A stretch of DNA of 52,092 nucleotides, from the NCBI GenBank assembly GCA_009691505.1, contig SICJ01000001.1, positions 1 to 52,092 of the forward strand, written 5' to 3'. The notes under the pieces were generated by a model that was not told the DNA's origin, ran no database searches, and worked only from the letters and a program-made list of their open reading frames with translations. Source of the DNA: Candidatus Parcubacteria bacterium. GTDB taxonomy: Bacteria > Patescibacteriota > Minisyncoccia > Phycocordibacterales > CALRHW01. Shown here in pieces: positions 8,771 to 16,406 of this stretch (the stretch's first letter is position 1; every line of letters starts with the position of its first letter). The position numbers and the translations under genes are program-made.

Positions 8771-10720
8771 TTAAACCATAGCAAAATCCAATATCTTTTT
8801 ATTTAAATCCGCATTCAACACCTTAAATTTTATTTTATCGCCAAGAGAATATTTTTTACCAGTACGCACGCCAATAATAGCGTAATTTTTTTCATCAAGC
8901 TCATACATATCATCTTTCATATCACGGAGTTTTATCATTCCTTCACTTTTTGAAGTAACCTCTTCTACATAAATACCCCATTCTGTAACTCCAGAAATCG
9001 TGCCCTCAAATTCTTGACCAACTCGTTTGCTCATATATTCTACTTGCTTGTATTTTATAGACGCACGCTCGGCTTCTGCAGCAGAAATTTCTTTTTCGCT
9101 CGCGTCCATAGAAATTTTTTCATATTTTACGAATTCATCTTGCGCTACCTTTCCTTCGACAAGCTGACGTTGCAAAAGTCTGTGCACGATAAGATCTGGA
9201 TAACGACGAATTGGGGAAGTGAAATGTGTGTAAAATTCAAAACCCAAACCAAAGTGCCCAACATTTTTTGTAGAATAAATAGCTTTTGCCATTGAGCGAA
9301 TAGTTGCAGTTTTAATTAAAGATTCTGCGGGCGAGCCAGATATTTTTTGTAACATTGCATTTATATCTTTTGAAGTTATGTTGCCGTTTTTGCTCTTGAG
9401 CTCAAAACCCAGTGCTTTTAAAAATATAGACAAGTTTTCTATTTTTTCTACGTTTGGTTCAGGATGAATTCTGTAAATAAATGCTCGGCCGTCTTTACTT
9501 TTTTCATTTACTTTAAAAACCACTTCAGCTACTTCGCGGTTGGCGAGAAGCATAAATTCTTCGACGAGCTTGTGAGTATCAAGTCGCTCTTTTCTGTAAA
9601 CACTTATCGGCACACCTTCCGCATCCAGCTGAAATTTTACTTCGTCTGTCTCAAATTCAATCGCGCCGTTTATTCGTCTTTCTTCTTGATAAATTTTTGC
9701 GATTTTATTTAAAATATTTAACTCTTTTGAAAATTCGCCCGCACCACTCACGCCATCTTTCACAGTATTTATACTTTCCATCGCATTTTCATAAGTAAAT
9801 CTTTTGTTTGAGTTGATGACAGTTTTTCCAAACCATTTTTCTTTTACAGCACCTTTTGCAGTCATCACAAAAACCGCCGAAAAAGCCAGCTTGTCTTCGC
9901 GCGGATTTAGACTACACATGTCATTTGAAAGCTCTTCTGGAAGCATAGGAATTGTGCGGTCTACGAGATACACAGAAAAGCCACGCTTGCGTGCTTCTTT
10001 ATCTAGCACAGTGCCTTCAGTCACAAAATGTGATACGTCCGCGATATGCACACCTATTTCATAATCGCCGTGAGTGAGTTCTTTAAAAGATATTGCATCA
10101 TCAAAATCTTTTGCGTCCACAGGGTCAATAGTGAAAGTCGTTGTCCCACGAAAATCTTTTCGGCTGGCGACTTCTTGTGCAAAATTTTCTCGCGCCGTGC
10201 TCGCAGCTTTTCTTGCGTCTTCTTCTACCTCTGGCGTAAAATCTGTATCAAAACCTTTTTCCAAAACGATAGATTGCATTTCCACATCATGCACACCTTT
10301 TTTCCCAAGCACGCGAAGCACTTCGCCACGAGGCCTGCTTTCCATATCTTTCCATTCTGTAATGTGGACGAAAACTTTGTCGCCGTCCTGCGCGTTGCCA
10401 GCACTTGAAGCAGGCACCAAAATATCGCGATAAAACTTTTTATCATCAGGCACGAGGAAAAAATCGCCACTTGCTTTGTCATCCACTTTTTCCATCGTTC
10501 CCACAAATTCCATTCGTGCACGCTTTATGATTTTTGTCACCTCACCTTGCTGGCGAATACCTTTTACAAGAGGAAGAAGCGCGACTTCCACCTCGTCGTC
10601 GTTGAGCGCTGTCTTGATCCCGCTTGTTTGTATTTCAATATCCTCTAGCACGCCCTCTACTGGCAGATAGCCGATGACCTTTGAAGTAATTTTAATGTGA
10701 CCGGAAACCTTTTTTGGCAT
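8771..10720 (-). CDS. rnr: Ribonuclease R / RNase II-family 3'-5' exoribonuclease
   Basis: RNB motifs (DPVDAKDFDDAIS, HIADVSHFV, PMLPEELSNDMCSL) and a C-terminal S1 domain (FEGTISGVTEWGIYVEE). Confidence 0.9.
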   Translation of the reverse strand: MPKKVSGHIKITSKVIGYLPVEGVLEDIEIQTSGIKTALNDDEVEVALLPLVKGIRQQGEVTKIIKRARMEFVGTMEKVDDKASGDFFLVPDDKKFYRDILVPASSAGNAQDGDKVFVHITEWKDMESRPRGEVLRVLGKKGVHDVEMQSIVLEKGFDTDFTPEVEEDARKAASTARENFAQEVASRKDFRGTTTFTIDPVDAKDFDDAISFKELTHGDYEIGVHIADVSHFVTEGTVLDKEARKRGFSVYLVDRTIPMLPEELSNDMCSLNPREDKLAFSAVFVMTAKGAVKEKWFGKTVINSNKRFTYENAMESINTVKDGVSGAGEFSKELNILNKIAKIYQEERRINGAIEFETDEVKFQLDAEGVPISVYRKERLDTHKLVEEFMLLANREVAEVVFKVNEKSKDGRAFIYRIHPEPNVEKIENLSIFLKALGFELKSKNGNITSKDINAMLQKISGSPAESLIKTATIRSMAKAIYSTKNVGHFGLGFEFYTHFTSPIRRYPDLIVHRLLQRQLVEGKVAQDEFVKYEKISMDASEKEISAAEAERASIKYKQVEYMSKRVGQEFEGTISGVTEWGIYVEEVTSKSEGMIKLRDMKDDMYELDEKNYAIIGVRTGKKYSLGDKIKFKVLNADLNKKILDFAMV

Positions 10721-10785
10721 TTGTAAAAACTATATCAGAAGCTGGGCAAAACTGGAAATCTCGGCACGTCCAGTTTTTTGAGCGT

Positions 10786-10814
10786 TTGACCAAATCATTC
10801 GCTTCTGTTAAGAT
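10786..10814 (+). promoter_or_regulatory. Candidate sigma70-type promoter for rpsP (TTGACC-17-TAAGAT)
   Basis: -35 at 10786..10791, 17-nt spacer, -10 at 10809..10814. Only 7 nt separate the -10 from the rpsP ATG. Confidence 0.35.
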
Positions 10815-10821
10815 AATCGCC

Positions 10822-11358
10822 ATGTTAAAAATTAGATTACAAAGAGTAGGCAGAAAGCACGAACCGACATTTCGGCTCGTTTTGTCTGATTCTAAAAATG
10901 GTCCAAAAAGTGGAAAAACTTTGGAGACTTTGGGCGCGTACGATTCTCGTCGTGGCGAAAAAGCGGAGTTTAAAAACGACCGAATAAAGCACTGGATTTC
11001 TGTTGGCGCACAACTTTCTGGAACAGTTCACAACCTACTTATTTCTAGGAAAATTATTGAAGGAAAAAAGGTAAACGTCTTACCAAAGAAAAAGCCAATC
11101 GCGAAAGAGGCGAGTGAAGCGCCGGCTGGTGCACCCGTTGTGACTGCGACTAGTGAGGCGGTAGTTGCACCTGCATCTGCAGAAGTTGTTGCTCCATCCG
11201 CTGACGTGACCGCTCCAGTTTCTACGGAACCTGCACCTGCACCTGCACCGACTCCAGACGCCGAAGCAACTCCTGAAGCAACACCAGCTATTGAAGTAGC
11301 TCCTACCCCTGAACCAAAAGTGAAAGCGGAAACTCCCGCTGAAGCTCCACAAGCCTAA
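10822..11358 (+). CDS. rpsP: 30S ribosomal protein S16 with an Ala/Pro/Glu/Thr-rich C-terminal extension
   Basis: MLKIRLQRVGRKHEPTFRLV is a canonical S16 N-terminus. The ORF-track start at 10714 adds 36 non-conserved residues and overlaps the rnr start. Confidence 0.85.
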   Translation: MLKIRLQRVGRKHEPTFRLVLSDSKNGPKSGKTLETLGAYDSRRGEKAEFKNDRIKHWISVGAQLSGTVHNLLISRKIIEGKKVNVLPKKKPIAKEASEAPAGAPVVTATSEAVVAPASAEVVAPSADVTAPVSTEPAPAPAPTPDAEATPEATPAIEVAPTPEPKVKAETPAEAPQA

Positions 11359-11374
11359 ATTTTAAAAACGAAAG

Positions 11375-11399
11375 AACATCCGAAGGGGTGTTTTGTGTT
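11375..11399 (+). terminator. Candidate intrinsic terminator after rpsP
   Basis: AACATCC-GAAG-GGGTGTT forms a 7-bp stem with one G-U pair, followed by the T-rich TTGTGTT. Confidence 0.45.
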
Positions 11400-11499
11400 G
11401 ACTATGTTTTTAAATATTATAAAATTAAAGAAGCAGTAAAAAAGTCGCACACTGCACGAAAGTAATTCTTATTATCAGATTAGTTTAGTAAATTTAAAT

Positions 11500-11811
11500 A
11501 TGGAACAAGACGCACAGTTTTTAGAATACGTAGTGAAAGCTTTGGTAGACAATCCAAACGATGTAAAGATTAAAAGAACAGTAGACGAAATGGGCGTGCT
11601 CATGAGCCTCGACGTCAACTCCGCAGACATGGGAAAAATAATTGGCCGAGAAGGCAACACAGCAAAAGCAATCCGAACTTTGCTCCGCGTAGTGGGGATG
11701 AAAAACAATGCTCGTGTAAATCTTAAAATCAACGAGCCAGAAGGCTCAGTGAGAGGCGAACCCAAAGCTTCAAAGACGGTAGATGAGGCGATGGAGGATC
11801 TTAAAATCTAG
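11500..11811 (+). CDS. KH-domain RNA-binding protein (YlqC/UPF0109-like)
   Basis: DMGKIIGREGNTAKAIRTLLRVVG contains the KH GxxG motif; conserved position after rpsP. Confidence 0.8.
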   Translation: MEQDAQFLEYVVKALVDNPNDVKIKRTVDEMGVLMSLDVNSADMGKIIGREGNTAKAIRTLLRVVGMKNNARVNLKINEPEGSVRGEPKASKTVDEAMEDLKI

Positions 11812-11816
11812 ATAAA

Positions 11817-11943
11817 AAGGTAAATAAAATAAAAAGAGTATCTCGAAAAGCACGCGTAAAAGCCTGCTGGCTTTTCTGCTCCGCTCAGCGCTGTTGCGCC
11901 TGCGTGAGTCTTTTCTCAATACTTTTTTTATTTTATTTACCTT
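11817..11943 (+). repeat. Palindromic intergenic element, copy A (core 11850..11908)
   Basis: The ~34-nt AT-rich arms are mutually complementary and flank the core GCACGCGTAAAAGCCTGCTGGCTTTTCTGCTCCGCTCAGCGCTGTTGCGCCTGCGTGAG. It begins 5 nt after the KH-gene stop. Confidence 0.85.
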
Positions 11944-11976
11944 GCATTTTATCAGATTTTATCGTTTAATAGTCTT

Positions 11977-12633
11977 ATGACATTCCACATAATCACATTA
12001 TTTGAGGACGCTTTTAGCTCGTATCTAGGCGAGTCTATTATTAAGCGTGCGATTGAAGACAAAAAGATCCGCATTAAATTTTACAATCCGCGCGACTTCA
12101 GTGACGACAAATGGCGACGTGTAGATCAAAAACCATACGGAGGAGGTCCGGGAATGGTTATTCAAGCATTACCTGTGGTGAAAGCGATAGCGAAAGCAAC
12201 ATCTAAAATCAGCGCGCGCGACAAAAAATTTACAAAAATTATTTTCCTATCGCCGAGCGGAAAACAATTTACAAACGAATACGCAAAAATTTCCGCGAAA
12301 AAATATAAAAACATTATCATTATTTCAGGTCGTTATGAAGGCATTGACGCTCGCATAAAAAAAATTTTCAAAATGGAAGATGTGTCCGTCGGACCATTTG
12401 TGCTCACGGGCGGGGAATTGCCCGCGATGATTTTGATAGATTGTATCGCACGACAGGTAAAAGGCGTGCTTGGTTCTGCACAGTCGCTTGAAGAATCGCG
12501 CATCGCAAGCCCCGACGTTTACACTCGCCCAGAAGTTTTCACTTTCAAAAACAAAAAATATTGCGTCCCAAAAATTCTCCTTTCAGGCAATCACGCAAAA
12601 ATAGACGAGTGGAGGAAAGGGAGGAAGAAGTAG
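11977..12633 (+). CDS. trmD: tRNA (guanine37-N1)-methyltransferase
   Basis: FHIITLFEDAF..., KPYGGGPGMV, SGRYEGIDAR and LTGGELPAM motifs. Confidence 0.92.
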   Translation: MTFHIITLFEDAFSSYLGESIIKRAIEDKKIRIKFYNPRDFSDDKWRRVDQKPYGGGPGMVIQALPVVKAIAKATSKISARDKKFTKIIFLSPSGKQFTNEYAKISAKKYKNIIIISGRYEGIDARIKKIFKMEDVSVGPFVLTGGELPAMILIDCIARQVKGVLGSAQSLEESRIASPDVYTRPEVFTFKNKKYCVPKILLSGNHAKIDEWRKGRKK

Positions 12634-12894
12634 AAAATAATCGATTATTGTGATAATATGTAGTTACTAATATGCTTAATTTCCTAAAAAACAAAAAAAG
12701 CGATATAAAAAAGGTTGCAGAAAAGCAACTCAAAAAGAACATGTGTGTTATTGAGTCACTCCGCGATTATGACCAAGGGGAAAAAGACATTTCAACCAGT
12801 AAACTCGAACGAAGTTTGCCTCGTATAAGAGTTACTTCTTAAGAAAAATTTTGTTTCTTTCCCGCCAACTTCAGATGGTAGAAATAAAATTGAT

Positions 12895-12928
12895 CCTATA
12901 ATTTGATGGGGGGGGGTAGAATTATAGG
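12895..12928. other. Hairpin (CCTATAATT / AATTATAGG) whose loop carries a G9 homopolymer (12908..12916)
   Basis: Perfect 9-bp inverted repeat around tgatgggggggggtag, inside the 500-bp trmD-rpoB gap. Confidence 0.6.
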
Positions 12929-12977
12929 TAAGCCACCAAGACCAATAACGGCAAGCTGTTTTTCTTTCTATTTGTTG

Positions 12978-13006
12978 TTGACAAAAAATCACCCCGCCTC
13001 TATACT
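12978..13006 (+). promoter_or_regulatory. Consensus sigma70-type promoter upstream of rpoB (TTGACA-17-TATACT)
   Basis: ttgaca aaaaatcaccccgcctc tatact, about 155 nt upstream of the rpoB ATG. Confidence 0.6.
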
Positions 13007-13163
13007 ATCCTTAATTGCATAGATTGAGTTACGACCGTAGGTGCAAAGTTTAGTAGTTGTATTTCGCACACCTTGCCTACATACAATAGATAAATTAGTA
13101 ACCCAATTATAAAGACACCTTTACAAAAGGTGGTTTTTGGCTTTCCGCCATTTCTTCATTTAT

Positions 13164-16100
13164 ATGACACCACAAATAAATACCGGGGCACATACACCCC
13201 GAGAGAAAAAGTTTTTCGGTCGTTTTAAAAAGCCACTTGCACCAATACCAAATCTTGTGGAGTCACAAATGATTTCATTTACTTGGCTGATTGAAAAAGG
13301 ACTCAAAGAAATTTTTGATGAGTTTTCTTCAATAAAAGATTATTCAGAAAAAAAGTTTCAACTAGATTTTACTGGTTTTGAATTGAGCGCTCCAAAATAC
13401 GACGAGTATTATGCAAAAGACAACAAAATGTCTTACGAAGCTCCGCTCAAAGTAAAAGTAAAACTCACAAATCATATTTTAAAAACTGTAAAAGAGCAGG
13501 AAATTTTTCTTGCAGATTTTCCACTCATGACTGCTCACGGTACTTTTATCGTTTCTGGAATTGAGCGCGTTATCGTGCCTCAGCTCGCTCGTTCATTTGG
13601 AGTTTTCTTTACATCTCAAGAAGTAAAAGGACGTATACTTTTTGGTGCAAAAATAATTCCATCGCGTGGTGCTTGGATTGAAATAGAAACTGATGCGGAA
13701 AATGTGCTTTATGTGCGTGTAGATAAAAAGCGAAAATTTCCGATCACGTCCCTTCTCCGTGTCCTTGGCGCGACTACAGATAAGGATATTTTGGCGCTTT
13801 GCAAAGATAATGAATTTGCAAAAACTTACCTTGAAAAGTCGCTTGCAAAAGATCATGCAAAAACTCTAGACGAATCTTATGTAGAGATTTACAAAAAACT
13901 TCGTGACGGCGACCTAGCTGCGGTAGAAAACGCAAAAGAATTTGTCCTTTCTATTTTCAGCAAAGACCGATACGACCTTTCTCCAGTCGGACGTTTTAGA
14001 TTTAATCAGCGATTTGGAAAACCACTTGATGAAAAATCTCGTGTTCAAAAAACTATTTCTCTGGACGATATAAAAACTATCGTTTCAAATATTGTAACCT
14101 TAAACAACACAGAAGATGCGCACGAAGACGATATTGATCATCTTGGTTCACGGCGCGTGCGATATGTCGGTGAGCTTTTTCAGCAAAAAATCCGAATAGG
14201 TATGGCGCAAATAAAGCGAAATATTCAAAACAGAATGTCTACTGTGGATACAGATGTGACACTTCCTGTTCAATTTATTAGCCCAAAACCTCTGCAAGCT
14301 CGCATCAAAGAATTCTTCACAACAAATCAACTTTCACAATTTATGCAACAGACAAATGCTCTAGAAGAACTAGAACATTTACGAACTCTTTCAGCTCTCG
14401 GGCCGGGAGGACTCAATCGTTCACGTGCAGGCTTTGAAGTGCGCGATGTGCACACGTCTCATTACGGCAGACTTTGTCCTATCCACACACCCGAAGGTCC
14501 AAACATCGGTCTTATTTTACGTCTTGCGCTTTATGCTCGTATAAATGAGTTTGGAATGATTGAAACTCCTTATGCAAAAGTAAAAAATGGAAAAGTGACT
14601 GACGAGATTATTTATATGAATGCTCTTGAAGAAGAACTTTACAAAATTGCACACGCTGCAACGACGACTGACGAGAGCGGAAAAATAATAGAAGAAGATG
14701 TAGAAGTGCGGATCAAAGGCAAACCAGGACTTGTGTCAAAAGATCAGGTGGATTTTATAGATGTTGCAACCAATCAGGCATTTTCTGTCGCGACTTCAAT
14801 GATTCCATTTTTAAACCACGACGATGCCAATCGCGCACTTATGGGATCAAACATGCAAAAACAAGCCACTCCTTGTATCGTTCCTGAAGCGCCACTCGTA
14901 GCAACAGGTATAGAAGACCGAGCAGTAATGGACACAGGACGACTCCTTATCGCAGGCGAAGCGGGGACAGTTACTCATTCAGACGCAAAAAAAATCATTA
15001 TCAAAAATGAAAAAGGAAAGGTGCGTGAATACAAACTTGTAAACTTTTCACGAACAAACGGCTTCACCGCTTTCTATCAGCGACCAGCGGTAAATGTCGG
15101 CGACAAAGTGAAAAAAGGGCAGGTGATAGTAGACAATTCATCTAGCGATCGCGGACAAATGGCACTCGGACAAAATATCTTGGTTGCCTTCATGTCTTGG
15201 TCCGGCTCAAATTACGAAGACGCGATTATCGTTTCAGAACGGCTTGTAAAAGAAAGTAAATTTAGCTCAATTCACATTGAAGAATTTGTTGTAAACGTGC
15301 GCGACACCAAGCTAGGTCCTGAAGTGACTACATGCGACATCCCAAACGTGGGCGAAGGAAAACTTAAAAATCTTGCAGAAGACGGCATCATACGCGTCGG
15401 AGCAGAAGTGCGATCTGGCGATATTCTCGTAGGAAAAATTACTCCAAAAGGCGAAACGCAACTTACTCCAGAAGAGCGACTACTTCGTTCACTTTTCGGT
15501 GAAAAAGCTCGCGATGTAAAAGATACATCAAAAAGAATGGAAGGAGGAAAGCGTGGACGTATTATAAATGTGCAAGTTTTCTCTCGTGAAAAAGGCGACA
15601 AGCTAGAGAGCGGAATTATAAAAAGAATTCATATTGAAGTCGCACAACTCCGTACAGTATCCGTCGGTGACAAGCTCGCTGGACGACACGGAAACAAAGG
15701 AGTTATTTCAAGAATTCTTCCAGAAGAAGATATGCCATACATGGCAGACGGTACTCCGATAGATATTATTTTGACTCCGCTAGGTGTGCCATCTCGTATG
15801 AATCTCGGGCAGATTTTAGAGCTTCATCTTGGACTTGCAGCACACACTCTCAACTATCAAGCTATTATTCCTCCATTTACAGGTGCGACTGATAAAGAAA
15901 TAAAAGAGGAACTCAAAAAAGCAGGCTTTAGTGAAAACGGCAAAATGAAACTCTTTGACGGACGCACAGGTGTGGCTTTCAACCAAGAAATCGCAGTGGG
16001 TTATATGTATATAATGAAACTCCATCACATGGTAGAAGATAAAATTCACATGCGTTCTATCGGACCTTATTCTCTTATCACTCAGCAACCACTCGGAGGA

Positions 16101-16379
16101 AAGGCACAAGGTGGAGGACAGAGATTTGGAGAAATGGAAGTGTGGGCGCTACTTGGTCACGGCGCGGCTTATACTTTGCGAGAAATGCTTACAATAAAAT
16201 CTGATGATATTATCGGACGTTCAGCTGCATTTGATGCAATAGTAAAAGGTGAAAGAATCGGTGAACCAAATACACCTGCCTCATTTAATGTGCTTCTTAA
16301 TAATCTTCGTGGAATCGGACTTGATATAGATCTAAAAGTGCCAAAAAGGTCGCAAGCAGATGAAGACGAGGGCGAATAA
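13164..16379 (+). CDS. rpoB: DNA-directed RNA polymerase beta subunit
   Basis: Conserved RpoB blocks throughout (GTFIVSGIERVIV, GPGGL, HYGRLCPIHTPEGPNIGL, NYEDAII, GRHGNKGV, GGQRFGEMEVWAL). The ORF extends to TTG 13137; the ATG at 13164 is preferred. Confidence 0.95.
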   Translation: MTPQINTGAHTPREKKFFGRFKKPLAPIPNLVESQMISFTWLIEKGLKEIFDEFSSIKDYSEKKFQLDFTGFELSAPKYDEYYAKDNKMSYEAPLKVKVKLTNHILKTVKEQEIFLADFPLMTAHGTFIVSGIERVIVPQLARSFGVFFTSQEVKGRILFGAKIIPSRGAWIEIETDAENVLYVRVDKKRKFPITSLLRVLGATTDKDILALCKDNEFAKTYLEKSLAKDHAKTLDESYVEIYKKLRDGDLAAVENAKEFVLSIFSKDRYDLSPVGRFRFNQRFGKPLDEKSRVQKTISLDDIKTIVSNIVTLNNTEDAHEDDIDHLGSRRVRYVGELFQQKIRIGMAQIKRNIQNRMSTVDTDVTLPVQFISPKPLQARIKEFFTTNQLSQFMQQTNALEELEHLRTLSALGPGGLNRSRAGFEVRDVHTSHYGRLCPIHTPEGPNIGLILRLALYARINEFGMIETPYAKVKNGKVTDEIIYMNALEEELYKIAHAATTTDESGKIIEEDVEVRIKGKPGLVSKDQVDFIDVATNQAFSVATSMIPFLNHDDANRALMGSNMQKQATPCIVPEAPLVATGIEDRAVMDTGRLLIAGEAGTVTHSDAKKIIIKNEKGKVREYKLVNFSRTNGFTAFYQRPAVNVGDKVKKGQVIVDNSSSDRGQMALGQNILVAFMSWSGSNYEDAIIVSERLVKESKFSSIHIEEFVVNVRDTKLGPEVTTCDIPNVGEGKLKNLAEDGIIRVGAEVRSGDILVGKITPKGETQLTPEERLLRSLFGEKARDVKDTSKRMEGGKRGRIINVQVFSREKGDKLESGIIKRIHIEVAQLRTVSVGDKLAGRHGNKGVISRILPEEDMPYMADGTPIDIILTPLGVPSRMNLGQILELHLGLAAHTLNYQAIIPPFTGATDKEIKEELKKAGFSENGKMKLFDGRTGVAFNQEIAVGYMYIMKLHHMVEDKIHMRSIGPYSLITQQPLGGKAQGGGQRFGEMEVWALLGHGAAYTLREMLTIKSDDIIGRSAAFDAIVKGERIGEPNTPASFNVLLNNLRGIGLDIDLKVPKRSQADEDEGE

Positions 16380-16406
16380 AATTACTCCACCAAATAAAAC
16401 AAAAAC

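Noticed and set aside
10714-10821. N-terminal 36-codon extension of the S16 ORF, and similar 5' extensions of the uppP, FKBP, LOG, uvrA, response-regulator, truB and dnaG ORFs
   Set aside because: The extensions start at non-ATG codons or add non-conserved residues, and they overlap neighbouring genes or repeat arms. Internal ATGs reproduce the canonical N-termini.
12672-12842. 56-aa ORF (MLNFLKNKKSDIKKVAEKQLKKNMCVIESLRDYDQGEKDISTSKLERSLPRIRVTS) in the trmD-rpoB gap
   Set aside because: It is the only coding candidate in the gap, but it has no Shine-Dalgarno sequence, no recognisable family and is below the ORF-track size threshold. It cannot be supported or excluded from sequence alone.
12905-13021. 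38-codon ORF starting ATG-GGGGGGGGG, a possible phase-variable gene
   Set aside because: It runs straight through the consensus rpoB promoter and has no coding-like features. The G9 tract is reported as a structural or indel feature instead.
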